Positions 44,437 to 54,008 of a stretch of DNA of 64,000 nucleotides are shown piece by piece. Position 1 is the first letter of the stretch. Each line of letters starts with the position of its first letter. The stretch lies in IMG/VR virus record IMGVR_UViG_3300040759_000032, positions 32,001-96,000 of that record; one strand, given 5' to 3'. This DNA comes from a virus. The translations under genes were made by a program, and so were the position numbers. The notes under the pieces were generated by a model, which worked only from the letters and a program-made list of their open reading frames with translations, was not told where the DNA came from and made no database searches.

Positions 44437-46509
44437 GTGAACGAGCAGGGGCACGACCCGGCCGACCTGAGGCTGACCGCAGCCGAGCGGGCGGCCCGCG
44501 CGGTGCTGCCCGCGTCCGGGGCCGTCTGGCTCGCGGCGGAGATCCTGCACTGGGCGGGGCATCACCCCAGCGGCCTGTGGATGGGCGGGGCGACCGCTTT
44601 CGCCGCCGCGCTCTCCTTCGGCGCTTCGGCCCGCTGGGGCGTGCCGCGCCAGCTGCCCGCGTGGATCGTCATCGCCGGCGGCTGGTTCTCCGCGGCCGTC
44701 GCGGCGGGCCCCCTGTCCGGGATGCCGCACCCGCCGCTCACCATCGCCGCCGCCGGGATCGCCCTGTACGCCCGCTGGAAGGCGAACGGCCACGACGCCG
44801 TGACCTGCGCCCGCGAGTGGCGGGCCCAGCGCGCCGGCTGGCTCGGCAAGTCCCGCGAGTGGGGATTCGGCGGCACCCACCTTCTCGACTTCGAGGAGAC
44901 GCGCCTCGGCGAGCGGTACACCATCGACACCCGGGGCACCGGCAAGCGCGCGTCCGCCTTCGCCGGCAACCGGGCCCACGAGGAGTACATCGCCGAGCAG
45001 GAGGGCCTGCCCGCCGACCGGGTGCGCCTCAGCAGGACCCGCCCCGCCGGGCGCCTCACCGTCTCCATCCGCCGCGTCGACCCGTGGGGCGCCCCGGCCC
45101 TCCACCCCGCCCTGGCGGGCGACCCCGACGGCATCCTGGCCGGCCCTCGCAGCATCCGGCAGCCCGTCGTCATCGGCGAGGATCCCGAGACCGGGGACCC
45201 CCTCGGGGTGCCGCTGTGGGACGAGGAGCGCGGCGCTAAGAACGTCAACGTCGTGGGGATGAAGGGGGCTGGCAAGACGATCCTGCTGAACAACCTCAGC
45301 GAGGGGATCACCAGGGCCCCCGACGCGATCATGGTCCGGGTCAACCCGTCGATCAAGGGGGGCGCCGAGGTGAGGCGGTGGGGCGTCGCATGCCACCTGA
45401 CCGCGCTCGGCCCCAAGCAGGGCTCGCGCGCGGTGCAGGTGCTCCGAGCGGTCAACGCGATCATCGAGTACCGGGCGCAGCAGGACTCCGACACCGACAT
45501 TTTCGTCCCGTCCCCCCGGGACCCGCTGATCGTCGTCATCATCGACGAGTCGGACGCGGTCGCCTCGATCGCCGCCGCCCGCGCCGAGCTCGACAAGATC
45601 GCCACGAAAGGCCGCGAGTACGGGGTGGCCCTCGTCCGCGCCGGGCAGCGCGGGACCACGGACTACGGGTCCGCCACGACGCGGTCCCAGGACGAGGTGA
45701 TATGCCTGGGCGGCGTCAACCGCCCCGGTGAGGCCTACCACGCCGCCGGGGCCATGGGCCTGAGCATCCCCGACATGACGACCTACGGGGACGGCAAGCC
45801 GGGCGTGTGGCTCGTCATCCAGGGGGGCTCCTACCGGGCCGGGCGGACCTTCCTGCTGAAGCAGCCGCCCGACATCTACCGCATCGCCTGCGAGCGGGCG
45901 TTCGCGCAGCCGGAGCTTCCCGCCGCGTGCCGCGCGTACCTCGATGAGCGACTCAAGGGGCAGTACGACCTCCTCCTGGCCGGCGACGTGTTCGCGCAGT
46001 GGGCCCGGGAGCAGCAGGGGGTGACCGCTCCCCCGGCCTCTGCGCCGCAGCCGGCGGAGGCCGCCGAGGGGGCCGGGAGCGCGTCTTCCCCCGTGGCCAC
46101 CCTGACCGACATCAGCAACCTCGACTGGGAGCCCGACATGGACGACGAAACCCGCAGCAGGCTCGCGGACCTCGACGCGAAACTCGGCGGCGTCCGGGAC
46201 ATCATCGCGGGCACCGCCGCCCTCCCGAAGCCCCCGGAGGTCTCCCGTGAGGCACTGGCGGCGCACACGGCCGAGCGGTGGCGGCGGGTCGGCGAGGAAG
46301 CAAAACTGTCCGAAAAAGACCGTAATGTCCTAATTGAGATGCTAAAGGGGGACGGCACGACAGCCCCCGTCGTCGCCGAGAGGCTCGGGGTGACCCCCTT
46401 CATAGCTCGGGGCTACCTCCAGAAGCTCGCGGACGAGGGACTGGTCCGCCTCGACGGCAAGGGCCGCGGATCCCGCTGGCGCGCCACGGAACCAGGTGAC
46501 TCCCAGTGA
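44437..46509 (+). CDS. traB: TraB/FtsK-SpoIIIE-like conjugative DNA translocase
   Basis: N-terminal TMs; Walker A GMKGAGKT; Walker B IVVIIDES; GREYGVALVRAGQR; C-terminal wHTH. Confidence 0.85.
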   Translation: MNEQGHDPADLRLTAAERAARAVLPASGAVWLAAEILHWAGHHPSGLWMGGATAFAAALSFGASARWGVPRQLPAWIVIAGGWFSAAVAAGPLSGMPHPPLTIAAAGIALYARWKANGHDAVTCAREWRAQRAGWLGKSREWGFGGTHLLDFEETRLGERYTIDTRGTGKRASAFAGNRAHEEYIAEQEGLPADRVRLSRTRPAGRLTVSIRRVDPWGAPALHPALAGDPDGILAGPRSIRQPVVIGEDPETGDPLGVPLWDEERGAKNVNVVGMKGAGKTILLNNLSEGITRAPDAIMVRVNPSIKGGAEVRRWGVACHLTALGPKQGSRAVQVLRAVNAIIEYRAQQDSDTDIFVPSPRDPLIVVIIDESDAVASIAAARAELDKIATKGREYGVALVRAGQRGTTDYGSATTRSQDEVICLGGVNRPGEAYHAAGAMGLSIPDMTTYGDGKPGVWLVIQGGSYRAGRTFLLKQPPDIYRIACERAFAQPELPAACRAYLDERLKGQYDLLLAGDVFAQWAREQQGVTAPPASAPQPAEAAEGAGSASSPVATLTDISNLDWEPDMDDETRSRLADLDAKLGGVRDIIAGTAALPKPPEVSREALAAHTAERWRRVGEEAKLSEKDRNVLIEMLKGDGTTAPVVAERLGVTPFIARGYLQKLADEGLVRLDGKGRGSRWRATEPGDSQ

Positions 46510-46528
46510 CCGCCGCGAGCTCGCCGGC

Positions 46529-46640
46529 GAACGTGAGGAACGTCAGGGCCGGCCGGCCGCCTCGTCTCGCATACGCGCGCGTGGAAACGTTTGATCTAAC
46601 GTTCCGGCTAACGTTTCCGGGCCCCCGCGCCTCACGTTTC
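46529..46640. repeat. clt-like short repeats downstream of traB
   Basis: AACGTT at 46586, 46598, 46610; CACGTT at 46633; GAACGT at 46529 and 46538. Confidence 0.55.
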
Positions 46641-46669
46641 CCCGTCACCGTCAGTGAGCGGGGGAGGGG

Positions 46670-47266
46670 TTGATGATCACCTGGGCTGATGCGGCCAGCC
46701 AGCTCGCCGAGGACATCCGCGAGCCCGGCTTCGACATCGCCGCCCTCGTCGCCTCCGCCTGGCGCGCCCGCGTCGACCCGTACGCCACCCGCAGCCTCAT
46801 TTCCGCAGCTCACATCCTCGCAGGCCCCGAGGTCATGCGCCGCCTGTGGGACCAGGCTGAACCCTGCCCGAGCGACGGCGCGCTGCTCGAGGCCGCGGAA
46901 GGGCTCGAGGCGCAGGTCGCCCACATGCTCCGCCACGCGATCGGCATGGCCGCCGACTGCGAGAGCACCCGGGACCGGGCCGCAGGCGACTACCGCGCCG
47001 CAGTCGCCCGCGCGCAGGCCCCGGCGGAGGGGAACAGGGCAGATCCCGCCCTGGCGCAGGTCATGCAGGCGGCACGCGCGGCGGTCGCCGGCTGCGAGGC
47101 GGCCCTCGACATCCTCGAAGCCGTCCAGGCGCAGCTCAAACAGGCCCTCGACTCGCTCCGCCAGGCCCCCGCCGAGCTTGCCGACACCTACGAGGCGGCC
47201 TACGACCTGCTGCGAGGCGGCGGGAGCCTGCCCCGCTCCGGCCACTTCCTGACCGGCGCGGCGTGA
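46670..47266 (+). CDS. Helical hypothetical protein
   Basis: SD GGGGAGG; codon bias. Confidence 0.65.
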   Translation: MMITWADAASQLAEDIREPGFDIAALVASAWRARVDPYATRSLISAAHILAGPEVMRRLWDQAEPCPSDGALLEAAEGLEAQVAHMLRHAIGMAADCESTRDRAAGDYRAAVARAQAPAEGNRADPALAQVMQAARAAVAGCEAALDILEAVQAQLKQALDSLRQAPAELADTYEAAYDLLRGGGSLPRSGHFLTGAA

Positions 47267-47378
47267 ACCCCCCCTGAGACGTGACCGCCCGGCTAATGCG
47301 GCCCGGCCGGGCGGTCACCCCGAAACCCCTGAAACGATCTTGGAGGCAGGCGACGATGGACGGTATGGGTGGATCCTC

Positions 47379-48125
47379 ATGATCAGCAAAGGCGAACCCC
47401 GGACCGCGCTGTACCGCTTCTACGGCACGGACGAGACGCTGCTCTACGTCGGGATCACGGATGATCCATGGCGCAGGTGGCGCGAGCACGTCCAGACTCA
47501 GCCGTGGTATCCGCTGGTCAAGCATCAGGCCATCACCTGGTACGAGGACAGGCTGGCCGCCGAGATCGCGGAGCGGGTGGCGATCCGTCGCGAACGACCG
47601 CGCTTCAATATCGCGGGGGCAGTCCGCCCTGTCGCGGTCGAGCTTCCCGCAGAGCTTGTGCTGCACCCGCCAGCCGTGCTGGAGGTTCCCGCAAAGCCCG
47701 CTTCCTGGTCTCAGCCCGAATCCCGGCCGGATCCGCCGCCCGAGGTTCGGCCTAGATTGCGCCCGGAACCTGCCCCTGAGCCAGAGCCTGAAGGGGAGCC
47801 GACCGCGCTCCCTGAGCCAAAGGTTGCCCCGGCGCCGCTCATGATCCCGGGGACGGCGCCTGCGGGCTGGCAGGCGGACCCGCTGCTGAACACCAGGCGG
47901 GGTCGCCGGATTCTGATGACCGTCATGGTTTGCGTCGTATGGGCGTTCCTGCCGTCATTCCCAGGCATGCCGTTCAGCTGGCGCAGCCCCTGGATGGAAG
48001 GGCTCGTCATCAGCACCATCATCCCGGTGCTCGTGATTCTGGTAATCGCGTTCGCGCCCAAGCTCCACAGGCTCGGGCGGTGGCTCGACGCCAGCTTCGG
48101 ACCCCCGAGGGAGTTCTGCGAATGA
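47379..48125 (+). CDS. GIY-YIG nuclease domain fused to C-terminal TM segments
   Basis: ALYRFYG...LLYVGIT..PWRRWREH...AERVAIRRERPRFN; two TMs at the end. Confidence 0.8.
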   Translation: MISKGEPRTALYRFYGTDETLLYVGITDDPWRRWREHVQTQPWYPLVKHQAITWYEDRLAAEIAERVAIRRERPRFNIAGAVRPVAVELPAELVLHPPAVLEVPAKPASWSQPESRPDPPPEVRPRLRPEPAPEPEPEGEPTALPEPKVAPAPLMIPGTAPAGWQADPLLNTRRGRRILMTVMVCVVWAFLPSFPGMPFSWRSPWMEGLVISTIIPVLVILVIAFAPKLHRLGRWLDASFGPPREFCE

Positions 48126-49219
48126 CCGCGCCCAAGCTCTCCGGCGGGCAGCGGTGGCTGGCTGTCGGCGTGGTCACGCTCGGCCTCGCGCTCACCCCGA
48201 TCGCGTTCGGGGTCATGTACGTCACCGTCACGGACCTCCTGCGGGCCTCGTTCGGCACCCTCGCGTGGACGGTGCCGGTCGGCACGGAGGTCGGCTTCCT
48301 CGGCCTGTTCCTCGCGGACCTGCTGCTGGAGTGGATACACAAGCCGCTGCGCTGGCTGCACGCCGCGCCCTACGTCCTGGCGGCCGTGTCCCTGTGCCTG
48401 AACGCCCTCGCCGCGCGGGGCTCTCTCGCGGCCACGCTCGGGCACGCCGTGCTGCCCCTGGTGTTCTTCGGGTACCTGCTCGCCGCGAAGGCCGTCGTCC
48501 GCCGCCTCGTCGCCGACGACGACGCGCGCAGGCACGAGGTCGCGCTGGCCGACGCGCGAGCGCACGCCCACGACATTCTCCGGTCGGCCTTCGGTGTCTT
48601 CTGGCGACTCCACGCCCCGGTGCTGCTGCGCCGCCAGTTGCGCTCCGGACGCCTCCCGGCGAAAGTCCTGGAGGCCATCGAGAGCGGCGCGAGGTTCGGC
48701 GGGGCGACCGTCTGGGAGCCTGCCGTGGAGGCGTGGATCACGACGGCCGTGGTGCTCCCGGAGAGGTTCGCCGGAGTGCTCGCGGCAGCCCGCGCGGAGG
48801 CATCCCAGAGCGCCCCCGCGAGTGTCATCCGGAGCGCCCTGGAGGTTGCCCCTGGAGGCATTGGGAGCGACCCCGGCGGAGTGCCGGCGGATGCCTCCGG
48901 AACCGCTCCGGGGAGTGTCCCGCAGAGCGCTCCCGCGGCGCGCGGCGTCACTTCGGGGCGCGCCTCGGGAGGTACCTCCGGGAGGCATGCGCGACTGGTC
49001 CCGTCGAAGGCGACGAACGAGGAGCTGGCCGATCTCGTGGTGCCCCTGCTGGCCAAGGGCGCGGTGTCGAAGTACCGCGTGATCGAGGTCGTGCGGGAGG
49101 CGGCAGGCGGCAAGGGGAAGCCGAGCATCGGCGACGAGCGGGCCGGCGCGGTGCTCTCGCTGGCGCACGAGCGGGCCGGGGCTACGGTGCTCCAGCTCGA
49201 CTCCCGGAAGCACGCGTAA
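48122..49219 (+). CDS. Four-TM Spd/DUF2637-like plasmid spread protein
   Basis: Four N-terminal TMs, repetitive linker, C-terminal HTH-like end (SIGDERAGAVL). Confidence 0.55.
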   Translation: MTAPKLSGGQRWLAVGVVTLGLALTPIAFGVMYVTVTDLLRASFGTLAWTVPVGTEVGFLGLFLADLLLEWIHKPLRWLHAAPYVLAAVSLCLNALAARGSLAATLGHAVLPLVFFGYLLAAKAVVRRLVADDDARRHEVALADARAHAHDILRSAFGVFWRLHAPVLLRRQLRSGRLPAKVLEAIESGARFGGATVWEPAVEAWITTAVVLPERFAGVLAAARAEASQSAPASVIRSALEVAPGGIGSDPGGVPADASGTAPGSVPQSAPAARGVTSGRASGGTSGRHARLVPSKATNEELADLVVPLLAKGAVSKYRVIEVVREAAGGKGKPSIGDERAGAVLSLAHERAGATVLQLDSRKHA

Positions 49220-49462
49220 CCAATGCCCCACCTACGAACGGAGACCGGAATGCTGTTCAACGTCATCGGCAGCGTCATCGTCGGCCTGATTGTCATCGCC
49301 TCGGTGTGGGCGTGCTGCAGCGCGAGCCTGACCGTTCCGCCGAAGGATCTCGCGCGCCGCTGGCGCGCGGAGACCCGCGGCCGACGCTAACGGGGAGCTC
49401 GCCCCCCGGTACTTTTTCCACGTCCTGAACTAACGTCTGGGCCTCGAGCGGGCCGCACGGCA

Positions 49463-49497
49463 GAGAGGCTCCCGTCATCACCTGACGGGAGCCTCTC
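49463..49497. terminator. Bidirectional terminator hairpin
   Basis: Perfect 15-bp stem GAGAGGCTCCCGTCA/TGACGGGAGCCTCTC between convergent genes. Confidence 0.8.
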
Positions 49498-49508
49498 GCG
49501 ATCCGCGC

Positions 49509-49778
49509 TCAGTCCTCCCAGGAGAGCCTGTGCTTGTCCTCGCCTCCGCACCGCACCGCGGCGGCCCGGTCCGCAGGCGTCAGCATCATCTGGTTCTCCT
49601 GCGGCGCGAGGTTGATCTCGCCCGCCTGGTACATCCCGACCAGGGTCCGGTCGAGGTCGGCGACCCGCCCGCCGAGGGCCTCGCGCAGGAGACGGATGCT
49701 GACGAACTCGCCGGGCCTCGGGGCGAGGCCCTCATAGGCCTCTGCGATCGCGCCCTGGTCGATGGCGTCCGCGCTCAT
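49509..49778 (-). CDS. Hypothetical winged-helix-like protein
   Basis: FVSIRLLREALG...LDRTL...GGEDKH. Confidence 0.6.
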   Translation of the reverse strand: MSADAIDQGAIAEAYEGLAPRPGEFVSIRLLREALGGRVADLDRTLVGMYQAGEINLAPQENQMMLTPADRAAAVRCGGEDKHRLSWED

Positions 49779-49989
49779 CGCGCGGCCGGCGTGATGACGA
49801 CGCCGGGGGCGTCGGCGCGGAGCTCGAGCATGTGCTCGTTGCCGTTGCCGTAGGCGGCGAACACCGGGCCGCCGTCGCGCGCCTGCATGACGGTGGCCTC
49901 GATGGTGATGGTGACCTTGGTTCCCGGCTGGATCATTTCCCTCTCCTCAGGTTGCGTTGCTTTGCGCAGGCGGCCCCGACTTCGCCTCG

Positions 49990-50382
49990 TCAGGCGGCCT
50001 TCACGATCGTGCGGCGGGAGGCGATGGCCAGGACCCGGGCGGCGAGCTCGTGGTAGCACTTCCGGTCCTTCGCCCCGGCCGGGCAGGTGCAGCTGTGCCC
50101 GTCGGTGGCGTAGGTCGCGTCGCCCTTGCTGGACACGGCCTCGAACAGGCCGGGCGCCTGGGCGACGATCCCGCCGTCGCGGATGAGCTCGTCGGCCTTG
50201 GCGGCCTGCTCGGGGGTGAAGTCCGCGCGGGCCTCGTCAAGCTGGGCCTGGCGGATCTTCCGCAGGCAGACCGGGCCGTACCCTGCGGCGACCGACTTGG
50301 CGCTGGTCAGCTTCCGGCCGCAGCCAGGGCGGAGGCAGCGGTGCTCGGGGGCGGGGGTCTGGGTGCTCGCGGCGTTGCTCAT
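49990..50382 (-). CDS. DUF6011-type Zn finger plus SWIM domain protein (leaderless)
   Basis: CGRKLTSAKSVAAGYGPVC; CTCPAG...CYH. Confidence 0.8.
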   Translation of the reverse strand: MSNAASTQTPAPEHRCLRPGCGRKLTSAKSVAAGYGPVCLRKIRQAQLDEARADFTPEQAAKADELIRDGGIVAQAPGLFEAVSSKGDATYATDGHSCTCPAGAKDRKCYHELAARVLAIASRRTIVKAA

Positions 50383-50455
50383 GAGTAAGACTATACACAT
50401 ACTTGTGTAGGTACGCAACTAGGTTTGCCTACAGAGACAGGTGTATCCTGAATCC

Positions 50456-50689
50456 ATGGACACCGACGACCTCATCGCTGCCGAGCTGCGCGACTCGCAA
50501 GCCGCCGTGCTCACCATCGACCCGATCCGGCGCCGACGGCAGGCAGCCGTCATGGCCGCGCTGGACGCCCACTGGACGAAGTACCGCATCGCAGCCGAGC
50601 TCGGCGTCGCCGCACCCACAGTCGACTCGATCATCGAGACGGTCCGCAGGGAGCGCGACAAGGCCGCCCGCAAGGACGGCGCCGGGTAA
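50456..50689 (+). CDS. Small HTH regulator (leaderless)
   Basis: WTKYRIAAELGVAAPTVDSII; TATCCT-N6-ATG. Confidence 0.7.
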   Translation: MDTDDLIAAELRDSQAAVLTIDPIRRRRQAAVMAALDAHWTKYRIAAELGVAAPTVDSIIETVRRERDKAARKDGAG

Positions 50690-50815
50690 GGCGTTGCGGC
50701 GTTCGGTAGTCGCGCACGGTCGACTACTCCGGATATACGCCCGCCAATCACCCCAGCCAGCACGCCCCGCGTGTCCCGGTCGCACCATCCGCGCCCGTGC
50801 GTGATCATTTGCACC

Positions 50816-52096
50816 ATGGGACGCTGGTCAATCTCCTTCCGCTCATCCGACTTCAACGGCGACGACCGGCACTCCCGCGCGAAACGGGGCCGCCAGCAGG
50901 CCCCCGACCTCACCCCGCAGGCGAGCGGCGAGGGTCAGCGCGAGTGCCCCCGCGGAGCCTTGTGCGCCTCCTCGACCCGAGACGCCGAGGGAACATGGCA
51001 CCCGCTCCTCATCAACGGCGCGTTCTGCCCCGCCGACGAGTCCGCCATAGCCAACGCCCTCCCCGGCCTCCCTCGCAGCTACTTCCTCCTCGCCGCGAGG
51101 ATCGGCGACCCCGTCCGCTCCGGCCGCGGCGTCCGCCGCCCGCCGGGCTCCCGGGTCCTGATCGACGCCGAGGCCGACGCCCTCCTCCGCACCTCCGCCG
51201 CCGTGCTCATGGGGTGGGCGTCGCGCGTCCGCCACGTCCCCGGCCTGCAGCTCTCGCCGAACCGGCACCTCCCGGACAAGCCCGAGGGGGTCCGGGACAA
51301 CTGCGGGGTCCTCGCGAGGCACGTCACGCAGATGCTCGCCCTCCCGCCGGGCCCGGTGACCCGCACCTGGACCTGGCGGCCCGGCTGGGGCAACGGCCGC
51401 CCCGCCGCCGTCCCGTGCCTGCGCTGCGGGCTGCCCGTCTCGCCGTCACCGTCGGGGAGGCGCTGGTGGCCCGCCGTCTGCGCGCACACCCTCTCCGTCG
51501 TCGCGGCGTACGCGGAGGGCGAGGACGGGGCGATGATCCCGGCAGCATGGGCCTGCGCCGCCTGCTCGAAGCGCCTGCCCCCGGAGCGCGGCCCCGCCCC
51601 GCGCTGCGACCACCAGGCGGCGGCCCCTGCGGCATGGCGCCCCGCCGACGACTACGCCGAGGTCGAGGAGGAGATCGGCCACCTCGAGATCGTCCACGCA
51701 GGGGACGGCTGGGCGACCGTCGTGACCGAGCTGTCCGGCGTCGACGCCGGCCTGGACGTCCTCGACCTCGCGGCGAGGTTCAGGAAGTCGCTCGCGGAGT
51801 CCCCGGCGCGCCCCGAGCCCCTGCACGGCATCCCCTGCCGGAACTGCCCGAAGATGTCGGCCCTCGTCCGCGCCGAACCGCCGTCGGACCCGTCATCGAA
51901 GGCGATGCACTCCCGCTGCACCGAGTGCGGCGACGTGATGGACAAGGACGAGTACGACGACTGGGTGCGCCAGTGGAACGCCTACGCCAAGGGCGGCGGG
52001 AAGCCCCCGACGTGCAGGCTCTGCGAGCTCGACCGATGCCGGGAGTGCTCTTGGCGGGCGTGCGGGTGCGCCAAACCCGCCCACCGGGCGGCCTGA
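50816..52096 (+). CDS. Multi-Zn-finger protein preceding late genes (possible late regulator)
   Basis: Many CxxC pairs; position upstream of packaging genes. Confidence 0.6.
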   Translation: MGRWSISFRSSDFNGDDRHSRAKRGRQQAPDLTPQASGEGQRECPRGALCASSTRDAEGTWHPLLINGAFCPADESAIANALPGLPRSYFLLAARIGDPVRSGRGVRRPPGSRVLIDAEADALLRTSAAVLMGWASRVRHVPGLQLSPNRHLPDKPEGVRDNCGVLARHVTQMLALPPGPVTRTWTWRPGWGNGRPAAVPCLRCGLPVSPSPSGRRWWPAVCAHTLSVVAAYAEGEDGAMIPAAWACAACSKRLPPERGPAPRCDHQAAAPAAWRPADDYAEVEEEIGHLEIVHAGDGWATVVTELSGVDAGLDVLDLAARFRKSLAESPARPEPLHGIPCRNCPKMSALVRAEPPSDPSSKAMHSRCTECGDVMDKDEYDDWVRQWNAYAKGGGKPPTCRLCELDRCRECSWRACGCAKPAHRAA

Positions 52097-52231
52097 CCGG
52101 CGACACGCCCCTGCGCATTGACGACCCTCGTTGAAAGCAGGCAGGCCGGGGGTATAGCCTCTCCGGGTAGCAGGTGTATTGCGCCCGCTGCCCGCCCCGC
52201 CGTGAAGCGACCGGTTCGAGGGCGGGTGAGC

Positions 52232-52513
52232 ATGACCCCCTCCCGCCCCGATGGCTTCCTCACAACGCGCGAGGCGGCCGACCTCATCTGCGTCAGCCGC
52301 AAGACGATCCAGGCCTGGCGGCGCGCCGGATGGCTCCCCACCCAGGGCCTCGACGAGCGCGGCTACCCCCTCCACACCCCCGAAGCGGTCCGCGCCGCCG
52401 AGCTGCGGGTGCACGAGAACGGGATCGCGAAGGGCGGCTACGACCCCCGCCGCCTCAGGGGCCGGCCCCGCGAGCCCGAGGCGACGCAGGCGGACTCGGA
52501 GATCGCGGCCTAG
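52232..52513 (+). CDS. MerR/Xis-like HTH protein
   Basis: LTTREAADLICVSRKTIQAWRRAGWL. Confidence 0.8.
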   Translation: MTPSRPDGFLTTREAADLICVSRKTIQAWRRAGWLPTQGLDERGYPLHTPEAVRAAELRVHENGIAKGGYDPRRLRGRPREPEATQADSEIAA

Positions 52514-52672
52514 TGACCGTCACAGTCGCCGAGGAAGGCCTCCGCCACTGGGCGCTCATCAGCGGAACCGTCTGCTGCGGCCCGGGCCATGCCGACGCGC
52601 TGGAAGCGGCACGGCACGCGTGGATGCTCACGAGGGCGATCGCCCGGCGCGAGGCGAAGGCGGCGGTGTGAC

Positions 52673-53929
52673 GTGCCGGCTACGTGGCTCGCCACCAAGG
52701 ACGTCCCGCTCGCCGACCTCGAGCGCTTCCCCGGCAACGCCCGGCGCGGCAACGTCGGAGAAATCCGCAAGAGCATCAAGCGCCACGGCCAGTACCGGTC
52801 CCTCGTCGTCCGCTCCCATGACGGCAAGCTGACGATCCTCGCGGGCAACCACACCCGCGACGCGCTCGAGGCCGAGGGCTTCGACGGCGCACGGTGCGAG
52901 ATCATCGAGTGCGACGACGCCGAGGCGCGCAGGATCAACGCGGCAGACAACCGCCTAGGCGAGCTGCCCGACCCTGAGACGGGCGAGCGGTACGACGGCG
53001 ACGCCCTCGCCGAACTGCTCGGCTCATTCGAGGGCGACTTCGACGGCACCGGGTGGACCGAGGAAGACCTCGCCGACCTGCTGGCCGAAGGCGAGCCTGA
53101 CCCCGTGGGGGGGGGCGGTGATCCGGACGACTCGCCGGAGCCTCCGGCGGAACCGGTGTCCGCTCACGGGGACCTGTACCTACTGGGCCCGCACCGGCTC
53201 CTCTGCGGCGACGCGACGAACCCCGACGACCTGAAGCGGGTCACGGACGGGCACGGCGAGATCGGGATCGTCTACACCGACCCGCCGTACGGTATCAAGG
53301 CGGTCCCGAAGGATGGCGGCGCGAGCCGGGGCGGCCGGTTCCGAGGTAAAAGCGGGACCGGCGACTTCATCTCACCGAACATCTACTCGCCGGTTGCCGG
53401 CGATGACTCCACCGAAACCGTGAGGGACTCATTCGGCCTGCTGACGGCAGAGTACCCGCACGCTGCCCACGTCTGGTGGGGCGGCAACCACTTCGCTGCC
53501 TCGGCCGGGCTCCCTGACGCAACCTGCTGGCTGGTCTGGGACAAAGACAACACCGGCGACTTCGCCGACGCCGAACTCGCGTGGACGAGCCACCATGGCC
53601 CGGTCCGCCTGCTGCGGCACATGTGGAACGGCATGCTCCGCGCCTCCGAGCGGGGCAAACGAGTGCACCCGACACAGAAGCCCGTGGCGCTCGCAGAGTG
53701 GGCCTTCACTGTAATGGATCCCAAGAATGAGCGGAAGACCGTCCTCGACGTGTTCGGCGGTTCGGGCTCCACCCTGATCGCAGCCCACCGCACCAAGCGC
53801 ACGGCGGCGGTGGTCGAGATGGAGCCCGCGTACGTGGATGTGATCGCCCGCCGCTACGAAGAGGCCACGCAGGACATCCCGCTCCGGGTGCTCCCTGACG
53901 GCGGCACCGTCCCCGTCTCCTTCACCTGA
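52673..53929 (+). CDS. ParB-like domain fused to N4/N6 DNA methyltransferase
   Basis: PGNARRG...ILAGNHT; HRLLCGDAT; YTDPPYG; HPTQKPV; LDVFGGSGSTLIAA. Confidence 0.92.
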   Translation: MPATWLATKDVPLADLERFPGNARRGNVGEIRKSIKRHGQYRSLVVRSHDGKLTILAGNHTRDALEAEGFDGARCEIIECDDAEARRINAADNRLGELPDPETGERYDGDALAELLGSFEGDFDGTGWTEEDLADLLAEGEPDPVGGGGDPDDSPEPPAEPVSAHGDLYLLGPHRLLCGDATNPDDLKRVTDGHGEIGIVYTDPPYGIKAVPKDGGASRGGRFRGKSGTGDFISPNIYSPVAGDDSTETVRDSFGLLTAEYPHAAHVWWGGNHFAASAGLPDATCWLVWDKDNTGDFADAELAWTSHHGPVRLLRHMWNGMLRASERGKRVHPTQKPVALAEWAFTVMDPKNERKTVLDVFGGSGSTLIAAHRTKRTAAVVEMEPAYVDVIARRYEEATQDIPLRVLPDGGTVPVSFT

Positions 53930-54008
53930 ACCCGTTCCGCCAACGCATGGAATGGCCAACGCCCCAGGGTGGTGAGCGCCCACGCCCCCCCGCCGCACCT
54001 CCGCCGCG

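Noticed and set aside
48780-48990. Degenerate ~12-nt periodic repeats in the Spd-like gene as a second clt
   Set aside because: Too degenerate to define a unit and explainable as a low-complexity linker.
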